The notes: a model not told the origin generated them from the letters alone. A stretch of 32,302 bases of DNA from Comamonadaceae bacterium (GCA_947451445.1 CANFZJ010000001.1:1-32302); one strand, 5' to 3'. Shown: positions 7,785 through 19,211, numbered from the stretch's first letter. A program made the numbers and translations.

Positions 7785-9469
7785 ATGACAAAAAAAACCA
7801 ACCCTTTCCGCTTGAGCACCCTGGCGCTGGCCAGCGGCCTGCTGTGCGCGCTGTCGGCCCAGGCGATGGAACTGGGCTCTGACCCCGACACCAAAATCCG
7901 GCTGGACTTGACCCCCAAGTACAGCACCGCCTACCGCATGAAGAATGCGTCTGCCGGGCTCACCTCGCCTGCCAATGACGGCGGCGTAACAAACGAAAAC
8001 GATGGCGACGCAAACTTCAGCAAAAAAGGCTTTGTCTCCAACCGCGTCGATCTGCTCACCGAGTTTGACGTGACCCACGGCAACTACGGTCTGCGCGTCA
8101 GCCACGCCGCCTGGTACGACAGCAAGTACACCGGCCACAGCGGCAACGACGGCACCAGCGGTGTCAGCAACCTGACCAGCCAGGCCGCCAACGAATACAT
8201 GCCGCTGACCGCCCGCCAAAGCGGCCGGGGCGATGAGTTTCTGGACGTGTTCGTGTTTGGCAAAGGCCACCTGGGCGAGATGCCCGCATCGGTGCGCATC
8301 GGCAAGCACGCCCTGCAATACGGCGAAAGCCTGTTCTTCGGCCAGAACGGTATTGCCAACGCCCAGGGCCCGGTGGACATCGCCAAAATCACGTCCGTAC
8401 CCAATTGGCAATTCAAGGAAGTGCTGCTGCCGGTAGAGCAAATCTCCGGCACGCTGCAAGTCACCGACGAAGTGACCCTGGGTGCGTACTACCAGCTCAA
8501 ATGGCGGCCCAGCAAACTGCCCGGCGTGGGCAGCTACTTCTCCAACCAAGACTACCTGGGTGGCGGTCGGGTCTACCTGCCGCCCACACTGGGTGGCATG
8601 ACGGCCAACGTGGACAGCAAAGACCAGACACCCGGCAACAGCGGCCAATTTGGCGGGCAACTGCGCTGGGCGCCTGCAGGCAGTGCGTTTGAGTACGGCT
8701 TCTACGCCGCCCGGTACAACGAAAAGACCCCTGCCGTACCGGTGTTCGATGTGCTCAACGGCAATACGCACCGCGTTTACGCAGAAGGCATTAAAACCCT
8801 GGGTGCCAGCGTGACCTCTTCCATCGGGCCACTGAACTGGGCGCTGGAAGGCTCGTTCCGCGCCGATGCGCCCCTGGCCAGCGACCCGGCCGTACTGCTG
8901 CCTGCTTTTCTGGGTCTCGGCGGTCCAGCCGCAGACTGCAGCGGCTCGCCCAGCAACCCCTGCTCCGCCATCGGTAAAACCGCGCACCTGAACTTGTCCG
9001 GCATTTACGTACTGACCAAGAGCGGCCTGTGGGACGGCGGTGCCATCGTGTCCGAACTGGCCTGGAACCGCACCCTGAGCGTCACCAAGAACCCCAGCGC
9101 ACGCGGCCTGGGCGGCCTGGACCCCAACACCACCCGCGATGCAGCGGCCTTGCGCATGATCTTTGAGCCGCAGTACTTCCAGGTGTTGCCGGGGCTGGAC
9201 ATGTCCATCCCGATGGGCTTGGGTTGGAATTTTTACGGACGTTCGTCGGCCATCATGAACTTTGCTGGCGGCACCAGTAAATCCGGCGACTTCAACTTCG
9301 GCGTCAAAGGCAAGTACCAGGACTGGAACATGGGCCTGACCTACACCAGCTATTTCGGCCCGGAAAAGACCTTCACCGTGGTCGACCCCAGGGTTCGCGC
9401 ATGTTGTCCTACGGCCAAAGCCTGAAAGACCGCAGCTACGTGGCTTTCAACATGTCGCGCACTTTCTAA
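7785..9469 (+). CDS. DUF1302-family outer-membrane protein, 1-bp frameshift at ~9386-9390 (possible pseudogene or sequencing error)
   Basis: Signal peptide and NDGDANF/SNRVDLLTEFD motifs. The ORF stops at 9425, but the family-type C-terminus YGQSLKDRSYVAFNMSRTF* lies in the -1 frame and ends at 9469. Confidence 0.8.
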
Positions 9470-9496
9470 GCACCCCTTTTTTTACAGAAACACACC

Positions 9497-10855
9497 ATGA
9501 CTCCCTTCGCAAAAAACACACTGCTCGCCGCCGTCCTGCTGGCCGTTGCCGCCAGCGCCCAGGCCGCCGTGAGCGCCGACGAAGCCGCCAAGCTCAAAAC
9601 CACCTTGACACCGATGGGCGCTGAAAAAGCGGCCAACAAAGACGGCACCATCCCCGTGTGGGACGGTGGCACAACCAAGGCTGCTGCGGGCTACAAAAAC
9701 GGCGACCCCCGGCCCGACCTGTTTCCCGGTGAAAAATCCACCCTGACCATCAGCGCCAAAAACATGGCGCAGTACGCCGACAAACTCAGCGACGGCGTGC
9801 AAGCGCTGATGAAAAAGTACCCCGAGTTCCACATCGAGGTCTACCCCACCCACCGCACTGCAGCCGCGCCCCAGTGGGTCTACGACAACACGTTCAAGAA
9901 CGCCACCCGTGCCAAAACGATTGAGGGCGGCTACGGGATGGAAGGCGCATTTGGCGGCGTACCGTTCCCCATTCCCAAAGACGGCTATGAAGCCATCTGG
10001 AACCAGCGCACCGCCTGGCGCGGCCTCAACGCCAGCATGCCCATGCGCGTCTGGGTGGTCACCGGCGATGGCCGCCGCGCAATGGCATCGGGCGGACAAG
10101 AAACCATCAACTGGCCTTATTACGCCAAGGACGGCAGCCTGGAAAAATTTGAAGGCTACTACAGCCAAGGAAAATTTGTCGCCAACGCACCAGGATCCAA
10201 AGCCGGTGAAGCCATTCTGGCGCTCGACGGAGTGTCCGAAGCCGCCCCGCGTGGCCTGTGGCAGTACCTGGTGGGCCAGCGCCGGGTGCGCAAAGCCCCG
10301 TCGGTGGCCTACGACACGCCCGACTCGGTGACATCCGGCATCGGCCTGTTTGACGAAGCCTTCACCCTGTTTGGCCCCATCGACAAACACGAGCTGAAGC
10401 TGGTCGGCAAGAAAGAGATGTACATCCCCTACAACAACAACCGTGCCGCCTCTGCCAAGGTAGAAGACCTGGTGATGCCGAACACGCTGAACCCGGCCCA
10501 GGTCCGCTGGGAACTGCACCGTGTGTGGGAAGTGGAGGCCACGCTGGCCGCAGGCAAGCGCCACGTGGTGCCTAAACGCAAGTACTACATCGACGAAGAC
10601 AGCTGGCAGACCGCACTGTTTGACGGCTGGGACGCCAAGGGCCAACTCTGGCGCACCAACTTTGCACTGATGCTGACGGCAGCCGACATTCCGGCAGTGA
10701 GCAACTTTGTCATGTGGGGCGGCTACGACCTGCAAAACAACGCGTACTACCTGAACATGTCTACCAACGAGTTGCCCAAGCAGTACGAAACCGTAGCACC
10801 GATTCCGCGCAGCTTCTACACCGCCGAATCCCTGTCCAGCGAAGGCGCCCGTTAA
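9497..10855 (+). CDS. DUF1329-family periplasmic protein
   Basis: AVSADEAAKLKTTLTPMGAEKAANKDGTIP, GQRRVRKAP..YDTP, RWELHRVW and YIDEDSW motifs. Confidence 0.92.
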   Translation: MTPFAKNTLLAAVLLAVAASAQAAVSADEAAKLKTTLTPMGAEKAANKDGTIPVWDGGTTKAAAGYKNGDPRPDLFPGEKSTLTISAKNMAQYADKLSDGVQALMKKYPEFHIEVYPTHRTAAAPQWVYDNTFKNATRAKTIEGGYGMEGAFGGVPFPIPKDGYEAIWNQRTAWRGLNASMPMRVWVVTGDGRRAMASGGQETINWPYYAKDGSLEKFEGYYSQGKFVANAPGSKAGEAILALDGVSEAAPRGLWQYLVGQRRVRKAPSVAYDTPDSVTSGIGLFDEAFTLFGPIDKHELKLVGKKEMYIPYNNNRAASAKVEDLVMPNTLNPAQVRWELHRVWEVEATLAAGKRHVVPKRKYYIDEDSWQTALFDGWDAKGQLWRTNFALMLTAADIPAVSNFVMWGGYDLQNNAYYLNMSTNELPKQYETVAPIPRSFYTAESLSSEGAR

Positions 10856-11928
10856 TGACCCACGCCATTCAAGCCCGAATGGCACGGCGCACGGCCCTGC
10901 TAGGGCTGTGCGGCTGGGCTACGCTGCCCGCGTGGTCAGCCCCCACCGCGCCCGCCGTACTGACGCAAGCCGCCCTGCAAACCCCCAAAGCGCTGGGCGC
11001 GGCCACCTTGGCCGTGGCCCGCGCGGGCAAGCGGCTGGTGGCCGTAGGCGAACGCGGCACGGTACTGCTGTCCGACGACTCGGGCAAAAGCTGGCAGCAA
11101 GCGCAAGTCCCGGTGCAAGCCACCCTGACCGCAGTCTGCTTTGCCGACGCCACAACCGGCTGGGCCGCAGGCCACCTGGGCGTGGTCTTGCGCAGCGACG
11201 ATGCCGGTGCCACCTGGCACAAACAGCTCGACGGCACCCAGGCCGCCGCACTGGTACTGCAAGCCGCCCAGGCCACGGGCGACGCCAAGGCCATTGCCAA
11301 CGCCCAACGGCTGGTGGAAGAAGGTGCCGACAAACCCTTTTTTGACCTCGAATTCAGCGACGCCCAGCACGGCTTTGTCGTCGGTGCCTACGGCCTGATG
11401 CTGGCCACTGCCGATGGCGGCAAGACCTGGACAGCACTCAGCCCGCGTTTGCCCAACCCGAAAAGCCTGCACCTGTATGGCGTACGTGCCAGCGGCAGCA
11501 CGCTGCTGGTGGCTGGCGAGCAAGGCCTGCTGCTGCGCTCCACCGACGGTGGTGCCAGCTTTACCGCGCTGGAGTCCCCGTACAAAGGCAGCTTCTTTGG
11601 CTTGCTGCGCAGCGTGGGGAACGTATGGGTGGCCTACGGCCTGCGCGGCAGCGCCTACCGCTCCGTGGACGCCGGAGCCCACTGGGACAAGCTGGACACC
11701 GGCGTGCCGATGGCCGTCGGCGCGGGCATGGCCTTGCCCCACGGCGGCTTTGTGCTGATGAGCCAGGCCGGGGATGCCTTGGTCGGGCGCGATGACGGCG
11801 CGGCACTGCGCCGTATCGCCGCACGCGAACCGGTGCCCGTGTCAGGCGTGGCGCTGGCCGAAGACGGCAGCCTGGTTTTGGCCAGCCTGCGCGGCATGCG
11901 CCGCTTACCCGCTCTGTCTGTTAATTGA
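10855..11928 (+). CDS. YCF48/BNR-repeat beta-propeller protein
   Basis: Start ATG overlaps the DUF1329 stop (TAATG). AVGERG plus repeated S.D.G.TW Asp boxes; RR-containing signal. Confidence 0.88.
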   Translation: MTHAIQARMARRTALLGLCGWATLPAWSAPTAPAVLTQAALQTPKALGAATLAVARAGKRLVAVGERGTVLLSDDSGKSWQQAQVPVQATLTAVCFADATTGWAAGHLGVVLRSDDAGATWHKQLDGTQAAALVLQAAQATGDAKAIANAQRLVEEGADKPFFDLEFSDAQHGFVVGAYGLMLATADGGKTWTALSPRLPNPKSLHLYGVRASGSTLLVAGEQGLLLRSTDGGASFTALESPYKGSFFGLLRSVGNVWVAYGLRGSAYRSVDAGAHWDKLDTGVPMAVGAGMALPHGGFVLMSQAGDALVGRDDGAALRRIAAREPVPVSGVALAEDGSLVLASLRGMRRLPALSVN

Positions 11929-11964
11929 AGAACTGAGAAAACGCCGCCCCTGCGGCCAGAAAAA

Positions 11965-14358
11965 ATGCACGCCGATACCTCCTCCCAAACCCAGCCCGTG
12001 GTCGCCCGGCTGGAAGACTTCGACACCCGTTCCGGCAATGCGGTGGAACGCGCCTTCTTCAACCACCGCCCCTGGGTGATGGCCATCTGCCTGGTGTTTA
12101 CCCTGGTGCTGGGCTGGCTGGGCATGCGCCTGCAGCTCAACGCCAGCTTCGAAAAAACCATCCCCACCAGCCACCCCTACATCGTCAACTACCTGGCGCA
12201 CAAGGGCGACCTGGCGGGCCAAGGCAATGCCTTGCGGCTGGTGGTGCAGGCCAAGGGCGGCACCATCTTCAGCAAGGACTATTTGGAAACCCTGCAGAAA
12301 ATCAACGACGAGATTTTCCTGCTGCCCGGCGTGGACCGGCCTTTCATGAAGTCGCTGTGGACCTCCAACACCCGTTGGGTGGCCGTGACCGAAGAGGGGC
12401 TGGACGGTGGCCCGGTGGTGCCCGACAGTTTTGACGGCAGCCCAGCCAGCCTGGCCGACCTGCGCGCCAACGTGGAGCGATCCGGAGAAATCGGCCAGTT
12501 GGTGGCTGGAGACTTTCAGTCCAGCATCGTCTTTGTGCCGCTGCTGGACCGCAACCCCGACACCGGCAAGGCGCTGGACTACGGCGACCTGTCGCGCCAA
12601 ATTGAGGTCATCCGCGCCAAATACGCTAGCGACACACTGCAAATCGGTGTCACCGGCTTTGCCAAAGTGGTGGGCGATTTGATCGAAGGCCTGCAGCAAG
12701 TGCTGCTGTTCTTCCTGCTGGCGCTGGCCATCACCACCGTGGTGCTGTTTGGCTACACCCGCTGCGCCCGCAGCACGGCACTGGTGGTGGCGTGCTCACT
12801 GGTGGCGGTGGTCTGGCAGTTTGGCTTGCTGGCGCTGCTGGACTATGAGCTGGACCCGTACTCCATCCTGGTGCCGTTTCTGGTGTTTGCCATCGGCATG
12901 AGCCACGGCGCGCAGAAGATGAACGGCATCATGCAAGACATTGGCCGCGGTACGAACCGCGTGGTGGCCGCCCGCTACACCTTCCGCCGCCTGTTCATGG
13001 CCGGGCTGACGGCGCTGCTGTGCGACGCCGTGGGTTTTGCGGTGCTGGTCATCATCCAGATCAAGGTGATCCAAGACCTGGCCGTCATTGCCAGCATCGG
13101 CGTGGCCGTGCTGATTTTTACCAACCTGGTGCTACTGCCGATTCTGCTGTCCTACACCGGCGTGGCGGCCTCGGCTGCCGCCCGCAGCCTGCGCGAAGAA
13201 ATGGTGGATGCAAGCGCCAAACGCCCCTGGCTGTGGGCGCTGCTGGACCACTTCACGCAAAAACGCTGGGCGGCTGCGGCCATCGTGGTGTCCGCCTTGA
13301 TGGCGGTGGGAGGTTATGCCGTAAGCCTGAATTTAAAGGTGGGGGACCTGGACCCCGGCGCCTCCGAGCTGCGCCCCGACTCGCGCTACAACCGCGACAG
13401 TGCCTACCAAATCTCGCACTACTCCGCCAGCGCCGACATCCTGACCGTGATGGTGACCACGCCGGAAGACCAATGCACCAACTACGGCACGCTGGCCAAG
13501 CTGGACACCCTGGCCTGGGGCTTGGAGCAACTGCCCGGCGTGGAGTCCACCAACTCGATGGCGGCCCTGTCCAAGCTGGCGATGGTGGGCTACAACGAAG
13601 GCAACTTCAAATGGTTTGAGCTGCTGCCCAACGACGGCGCTCTGGGCGGCGTGCAAACCCGGGCCCCGCGCGAGTTGTTCAACCAAAACTGCTCCTTTCT
13701 GGCACTCTATGTCTACCTGAAGGACCACAAGGCCGAAACCCTGACCCGGGTGGTGGCTGAGGTGGAGAGATTTGCCGCCGCCAACGACACCGACGCCATC
13801 CACTTCCAGCTGGCCGCAGGCAGCGCGGGGATTGCCGCCGCCACCAATATTGTGGTCGGCAAGGCCATGCACGAGATGCTGCTGTGGGTCTACGCAGCGG
13901 TGCTGCTGCTGTGCTGGATTACCTTCCGCTCCTGGCGTGCGGTGGTGGTGGCGGTGTTGCCGCTGGTGCTGACTTCCATCCTGTGCGAAGCGCTGATGGT
14001 CTGGCTGGGCATGGGTGTGAAGGTGGCCACGCTGCCAGTGATCGCCCTGGGTGTGGGCATCGGCGTGGACTACGCGCTGTATGTACTCAGCATCACCCTG
14101 GCCCGCATGCGTGAAGGTGCCAGCTTGTCCGACGCCTACCACCACGCACTGCAGTTCACCGGCCGGGTGGTGATGCTGACCGGCATCACCCTGGCGCTGG
14201 CCGTGGGCACCTGGGCGTTCTCGCCCATCAAGTTCCAGGCCGACATGGGCATTTTGCTGGCCTTCATGTTCATCTGGAACATGGTCGGGGCGCTGGTGCT
14301 GCTGCCAGCACTGGGGCACTTTTTGCTGCGCGACAAGAGCGCCGTGGCACATGCGTGA
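11965..14358 (+). CDS. RND/MMPL-family inner-membrane transporter
   Basis: 797 aa with two TM repeats; [21 protein letters not shown] and KFQADMG motifs. Confidence 0.93.
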   Translation: MHADTSSQTQPVVARLEDFDTRSGNAVERAFFNHRPWVMAICLVFTLVLGWLGMRLQLNASFEKTIPTSHPYIVNYLAHKGDLAGQGNALRLVVQAKGGTIFSKDYLETLQKINDEIFLLPGVDRPFMKSLWTSNTRWVAVTEEGLDGGPVVPDSFDGSPASLADLRANVERSGEIGQLVAGDFQSSIVFVPLLDRNPDTGKALDYGDLSRQIEVIRAKYASDTLQIGVTGFAKVVGDLIEGLQQVLLFFLLALAITTVVLFGYTRCARSTALVVACSLVAVVWQFGLLALLDYELDPYSILVPFLVFAIGMSHGAQKMNGIMQDIGRGTNRVVAARYTFRRLFMAGLTALLCDAVGFAVLVIIQIKVIQDLAVIASIGVAVLIFTNLVLLPILLSYTGVAASAAARSLREEMVDASAKRPWLWALLDHFTQKRWAAAAIVVSALMAVGGYAVSLNLKVGDLDPGASELRPDSRYNRDSAYQISHYSASADILTVMVTTPEDQCTNYGTLAKLDTLAWGLEQLPGVESTNSMAALSKLAMVGYNEGNFKWFELLPNDGALGGVQTRAPRELFNQNCSFLALYVYLKDHKAETLTRVVAEVERFAAANDTDAIHFQLAAGSAGIAAATNIVVGKAMHEMLLWVYAAVLLLCWITFRSWRAVVVAVLPLVLTSILCEALMVWLGMGVKVATLPVIALGVGIGVDYALYVLSITLARMREGASLSDAYHHALQFTGRVVMLTGITLALAVGTWAFSPIKFQADMGILLAFMFIWNMVGALVLLPALGHFLLRDKSAVAHA

Positions 14359-15994
14359 GCTAGCGCTGGCCCACCCGAAGCTGCGCCGTGGCCCGTGGCT
14401 GCGCGTCGGGCTGGTCACACGGCTGGCCCTGGCCTTTGGGGTGGTGCTGCTGCTGTTTGCAATCACCACGGCCAGTGCCATTTACCAACTGCGGGCGGTG
14501 GAACAGGGCATGCAGGAAGCCATCGCCTCGGGCCAGCGGCTCGCGGAGCAGGCCCGCAACATGCACGACCGCGTGGCCGACGCCTACCTGGGCCTGTTGG
14601 TCGCCACCATGGTGGACGATCTCGAAGATCTGAAGTACGAAAACGCCGCATTGCACAAAGCGCTGCAGGCGTACCAAAGCAGCTACCAGCAATTGTTTGG
14701 CACACCCCACAGCGCGGCACTGCAGGTGCATGCAGTGGCCTTGCAAGCCGCCGAGGCAGAGCTACGGCCCTTACTCGACAGCGCCGTGCAGCGCCTGACC
14801 CTGGCCGCCGATTCGGCCGGGGACAACTACGAACGCGATCCAGCTATCCAGGTGCTGGTGATTAGCAGCGTCAAACCCCTGTTCGACCAATGGCTGCGGG
14901 CGATTGATGGGCTGAACGATAGCGCGGCCCAAGCCAGTGCACAGACCGCAGCCCAGGCCGGTGCAGCAGCCCGCGTGGCTCGGCTGTGGCTGGCGGGAGC
15001 CGCAGCCGTAGCGCTGTGTTTAGGGGCGGCTGCGGCCTGGTGGATTGCCCGCAGCGTGACGCTGCCGCTGCGCCAAGCCATGGCGGTGGCCAACCAGGTG
15101 GCACAAGGTGATCTGTCGCACCCCGTGACAGCCACGGCGCAAGATGAAACCGGTCGCCTGCTGGGAGCCTTGGGCACCATGCAAGACGGCTTGCGCACGC
15201 TGGTGGGCGCGGTGCGCGAGGCGGCTGCAGCCATTGATGCATCGGCATCCGATGTAGCGGCGGGCAATGATGATCTGTCACAGCGCACAGAAAGCGCGGC
15301 CCTGGCGTTGCGGCGCACAGCAACGGCCACCACGCAACTGGCGGGCAATGTGCAGGTACTGGCGCAATCGGCCTCGGCGGCCCAGCAGGTGACCAGCGCT
15401 GCCACGCAGGCGGCGCAACGCGGCGGCGCGGTCGTCTTGCACGCCCAGACCAGCATGGCAGATATCAGCCGCTCGTCACAACGCATGGCCGAGATCGTCG
15501 GCATGATCGACAGCTTTGCCTTCCGCACCAACATCCTGGCATTGAACGCCGCTATCGAGGCCGCCAGCGCCGGTCCGCATGGGCGCGGCTTTGCGGTGGT
15601 GGCATCCGAGGTGCGCGCCTTGTCGCAGGGCGTGGCCAGCGCGGCCAGGGACATTCGCCTATTGATTGAAAAGTCGGCAAACGAAGTGGCCAGCGGGCAA
15701 CGGCACGTGGAGAACGCGGCCCGCAGCATGGCGGACATCGTGGGCGCTGTGGATGGTTTGGCCAGTTTTGTGACCGAAATCGCCGCCGCTGCGACCGCGC
15801 AAGAGCGGGGCATTGCCGAGGTCGACCAGTCGGTCCATGAACTGGAGCGTATGACACAGCAGAACGCTGCACTGGTCGAGCAGAGCGCGGCCGCGGCCAC
15901 GTCCATGAACCAGGAGGCCGAGCGCTTGGGCCGTCTGGTCAGCGTCTTTCGGCTGGAGCCCAGCCAGAACACTGCCGCCATCACCACTACCTAG
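14351..15994 (+). CDS. Methyl-accepting chemotaxis protein (2 TM, periplasmic sensor, HAMP, signalling domain)
   Basis: HAMP (PLRQA...GDLS...DETGRL) and [13 protein letters not shown]...[12 protein letters not shown]; overlaps the RND stop by 8 nt. Confidence 0.9.
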   Translation: MRELALAHPKLRRGPWLRVGLVTRLALAFGVVLLLFAITTASAIYQLRAVEQGMQEAIASGQRLAEQARNMHDRVADAYLGLLVATMVDDLEDLKYENAALHKALQAYQSSYQQLFGTPHSAALQVHAVALQAAEAELRPLLDSAVQRLTLAADSAGDNYERDPAIQVLVISSVKPLFDQWLRAIDGLNDSAAQASAQTAAQAGAAARVARLWLAGAAAVALCLGAAAAWWIARSVTLPLRQAMAVANQVAQGDLSHPVTATAQDETGRLLGALGTMQDGLRTLVGAVREAAAAIDASASDVAAGNDDLSQRTESAALALRRTATATTQLAGNVQVLAQSASAAQQVTSAATQAAQRGGAVVLHAQTSMADISRSSQRMAEIVGMIDSFAFRTNILALNAAIEAASAGPHGRGFAVVASEVRALSQGVASAARDIRLLIEKSANEVASGQRHVENAARSMADIVGAVDGLASFVTEIAAAATAQERGIAEVDQSVHELERMTQQNAALVEQSAAAATSMNQEAERLGRLVSVFRLEPSQNTAAITTT

Positions 15995-16005
15995 GAGATA
16001 CCCAA

Positions 16006-16950
16006 ATGACTGCGAATACCCTTCCAACCCTGGCCTCGGCCTCCCTGGACCCGGCCTTGGCCGGACTGTTGGCCCAAATGGCGGCCCAGGGCAACCCGCC
16101 GCTGGAAACACTACCCCCTGCCGTAGGGCGGAAAATCTACCGGGACATGGATGCGGCTTTGGGCCTGCCCGCCCCGGCCATCGGCAGGGTATACGACCTG
16201 TCGATGGAGGGCCCTGGCAGCATGTTGACTCTGCGGGTCTACACCCCCATCACTGCGGCCCCTTGGCCAGTGCTGCTCTTCATCCACGGTGGTGGCTTTG
16301 TCATTGGCGACCTGGACAGCCACGACCGAATCTGCCGCACCCTGTGCCACCAAGCCAACATGCTGGTGGTGGCGGTGGACTACCGGCTGGCCCCCGAGCA
16401 CCCGTTTCCCGCCGCGCCCGACGACGCTGCAGCGGCCCTGCGCTGGGTCTTGGCCCACGCCGCCACGCTGGGCGGCGACGCCAGCCGTGTGGCGGTGGCC
16501 GGTGACAGCGCCGGGGCGCAGCTGGCCTTGGTCGCGGCACGCCGGGTGGGCGGCGTCAAAGCATTGGGCATGGTGTATCCGGTGGCCCAACACCCCGACA
16601 CCCCCAGCCCCTGCTATGCAGAAAACGGCGAAGGTAAATTCCTCACCCTCAGCGCAATGCAGTGGTTTATGGGCAGCTACCTCGCGGGTCAATCGCCCCA
16701 GCACCCGGACTTTGACCTGCTCACATCCGACATGGCGGCGCTCCCCGCCACCTGGCTGGCCACCATGGGCCACGACCCGCTGCGCGACGAAGGCCATGCA
16801 CTGGCCCAACGCATCGAACAGGCCGCAGTGGCGGTCACGCATGCGCACTACCCCGCTGCCATACACGCCTGTATCCACTTCAGCGCCGTGGCCCCCGTGG
16901 GTGCACAGGTGCTGACGGACTTGGCGCAGTGGCTGCAAAAGCAGGTGTGA
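16006..16950 (+). CDS. Alpha/beta hydrolase, HSL family (family IV) carboxylesterase
   Basis: HGGGF oxyanion motif, GDSAG nucleophile, DPLRDEG and a C-terminal His; RBS AGGAG. Confidence 0.92.
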   Translation: MTANTLPTLASASLDPALAGLLAQMAAQGNPPLETLPPAVGRKIYRDMDAALGLPAPAIGRVYDLSMEGPGSMLTLRVYTPITAAPWPVLLFIHGGGFVIGDLDSHDRICRTLCHQANMLVVAVDYRLAPEHPFPAAPDDAAAALRWVLAHAATLGGDASRVAVAGDSAGAQLALVAARRVGGVKALGMVYPVAQHPDTPSPCYAENGEGKFLTLSAMQWFMGSYLAGQSPQHPDFDLLTSDMAALPATWLATMGHDPLRDEGHALAQRIEQAAVAVTHAHYPAAIHACIHFSAVAPVGAQVLTDLAQWLQKQV

Positions 16951-16967
16951 CCCGCCGGTTGGAGGAT

Positions 16968-17029
16968 TTATAAAAAAACAGGCTCTAGCGCAATTGGAAT
17001 GGGCGCTGGTAGCTATTATTTTTATAGCA
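16968..17029 (-). repeat. Double-hairpin REP-like repeat, copy 3
   Basis: CTAGCGC-aattggaatgg-GCGCTGG-ta-GCTAT-tattttt-ATAGCA. Confidence 0.8.
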
Positions 17030-17053
17030 ATAAGAAAAACAGTAGGAGACAAC

Positions 17054-18208
17054 ATGGCATGGACCCGTTGGGCACGCATCCTGGCCTGCGCGGGGCTGTG
17101 CATCGGTGCGGCACAGGCGCAAAGCAGTCGCCCGATCAAGGTCGGCGCGGTGAGCGCCTTGTCCAGCGGCGCAGCCTTCCCTGAATCCGCACAGGCGGCC
17201 AAGGCCTACTTTGACACGGTCAACGCCAACGGTGGCATTGCCGGGCGGCCTATCCAGTACCAGTCGCTGGACGAAGGCAGCACCCCCGCCACGGCCAGCC
17301 GGGCCGCCACCCAGTTGCTGGCCGACCCGGAGCTGGTCGTGCTGGTCGGCAGCTCTGGCGTGCTGGACTGTGCGGTCAATGCGCAGCGCTACGAGGCGGC
17401 GGGCATTGTGTCGCTGCAGGGCGGTTCGGTGGCACCGCAGTGCTACCGCTCGTCCCACATCGTGCCGGTCAACAACGGCCCCTACATCGGCCTGGCCAGC
17501 GCCGTCACCTTTGCACGCACACAGCTCAAAAGCCGCAAGCTGTGCGCCGTGGCCATCGACCTGCCCGGCATGCTGGCGGGCTACACCCAGGCCCTGCAGC
17601 GCCTGGCCGAACACAGTGGCACACCGTCACCGCCGCTAGAAACGGTTGCTTTGGGTGCCGACTGGACCCCGGTGCTGAACAAGCTGGAAGCCAGCGCCTG
17701 CGATGTGGTGGTGTTTACCGGGCATGAGGCCGCCGTATTGCAATGGCTGCAGACCGCGCGCGCCATGGGCATGTCGGGCATCACCTGGGTGTTTCTGGCC
17801 CCGGCGTACACCGCCGCCGTGGCCCGCGCCCACGTCCATTCGGCCGACAACATCTACGCCATGTCCGAGTACGAGCCGTGGATCAGCCGTTCCCTGCCGT
17901 CGCAAGACTGGCGCGAACTGATGCGCCAGGCCAACCTGCCACTCAGTGGCCTGTCGCAAGGCGGCTACCTGTCGGCGCAAATGCTGGTCCGCACGCTGCG
18001 CAGCATCCGGGGCCCCATCACCCGCGCCAGCGTGACCCAGGCCTTGCGCCAACACCCCCCGCAAGACCATCCCCTGCTGGGCATGCCGTTTTTTATCGGC
18101 ACGGCAGACCACCATAGCCCGAACCGCAGCGCCTTGCCGATGCGGCTGGTGAACGGCATCTGGCGCATTGCCGCCCCCGACTGGATTCGGCTGCCCGATG
18201 TCTACTGA
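17054..18208 (+). CDS. Periplasmic substrate-binding protein (LivJ/Peripla_BP_6 type), no cognate permease nearby
   Basis: Start ATG 17054 after AGGAG; signal peptide; PIKVGAVSALS and VNANGGIAGRPI motifs. Confidence 0.85.
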   Translation: MAWTRWARILACAGLCIGAAQAQSSRPIKVGAVSALSSGAAFPESAQAAKAYFDTVNANGGIAGRPIQYQSLDEGSTPATASRAATQLLADPELVVLVGSSGVLDCAVNAQRYEAAGIVSLQGGSVAPQCYRSSHIVPVNNGPYIGLASAVTFARTQLKSRKLCAVAIDLPGMLAGYTQALQRLAEHSGTPSPPLETVALGADWTPVLNKLEASACDVVVFTGHEAAVLQWLQTARAMGMSGITWVFLAPAYTAAVARAHVHSADNIYAMSEYEPWISRSLPSQDWRELMRQANLPLSGLSQGGYLSAQMLVRTLRSIRGPITRASVTQALRQHPPQDHPLLGMPFFIGTADHHSPNRSALPMRLVNGIWRIAAPDWIRLPDVY

Positions 18209-18260
18209 GAGCGCTGCTTATTTAAACCCACAGCACAGCCCCACGAACAAGGAGATAGCC

Positions 18261-19211
18261 ATGGTTTCGGTAGCGCATTTTTCGACCGCGCAGGCGGCCC
18301 CTGCACACCGCATCGCGTATTGGAACGAGGTGGTGGAACAAAGCTTTCGCGGCGGTGCCGTGCAGGCCCGGCACAACGACTTTGCGGCCGAGTTTTGGCG
18401 CGGGTCGGTAGGCCCGATTCGCCTGATGCGGGCCAAGGCCAGCCGCTCTACCGTATCGCGCTGGGGCGCTTGCCGTGCCGATGCGGTCGATGCCGGGCGC
18501 GTGGTCTTGCACCTGCAAAACCAGGGCTTTTCACAAACCACGCAGCACGCCCAATCCGCCCTGCTCGCGGCCGGAGACCTGACGCTGTGCGACGCTGCCC
18601 GCCCCTACACCATCGACATCTCGGACCGCAACGATCTGCTGGTGCTGGACATTCCGCTCTCCGGTCTGCTGCACCCCAAGCAGGCGCTGGACCGCGCGGC
18701 GCAGCGCTTGTCCGGCGCGCAGCCGCACATCGCGCTGTTGCGCCGTTTCGTGCTGTCGCTGTGGGATGAAATGGGACAGCTTGGCGACGCCGATGGCCTG
18801 GTGCTGTCCCGCGTGCTATTCGACCTGGTCAACCTGGCGTTGTCGTCCCCTGCAGAGGTGGCTGCAACGGAATCGCCCGAGGTGCGGGACCGCATCGTCC
18901 ACTGGATCAGCGAGCGGCTCACCGACCCCCACCTGTGTACCTCGGCGATTGCCCAGCAAACGGGTTACCCCACGCGCACCATCCAAGACCTGTTTGCACG
19001 CATGGGCACCACGCCCACCGACTACATCATCCGGCAGCGGCTGGAGCGGGCACGCACGATGCTGGCCGATCCGGCAGCAAGCCGGTCGATTACCGATGTT
19101 GCATTCGAGGTCGGCTTCAATGACTCCAACTATTTCAGCCGCCTGTTCCGCCAGCGCTTTGCCATGACGCCCAGGGCGTTCAAAACCAACGTCCACCACC
19201 GTTTTCAGTAG
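18261..19211 (+). CDS. AraC-family regulator (FeaR-like N-terminal ligand domain)
   Basis: Start after AAGGAG. FST..(x)..RIAYW N-terminus and C-terminal ITDVAFEVGFNDSNYFSRLFRQRFAMTP. Confidence 0.92.
   Translation: MVSVAHFSTAQAAPAHRIAYWNEVVEQSFRGGAVQARHNDFAAEFWRGSVGPIRLMRAKASRSTVSRWGACRADAVDAGRVVLHLQNQGFSQTTQHAQSALLAAGDLTLCDAARPYTIDISDRNDLLVLDIPLSGLLHPKQALDRAAQRLSGAQPHIALLRRFVLSLWDEMGQLGDADGLVLSRVLFDLVNLALSSPAEVAATESPEVRDRIVHWISERLTDPHLCTSAIAQQTGYPTRTIQDLFARMGTTPTDYIIRQRLERARTMLADPAASRSITDVAFEVGFNDSNYFSRLFRQRFAMTPRAFKTNVHHRFQ

Noticed and set aside
9482-10885. 467-aa minus-strand ORF (also 7764-8987, 13333-14481, 19383-20585)
   Set aside because: Mirror frames of well-supported plus-strand genes.
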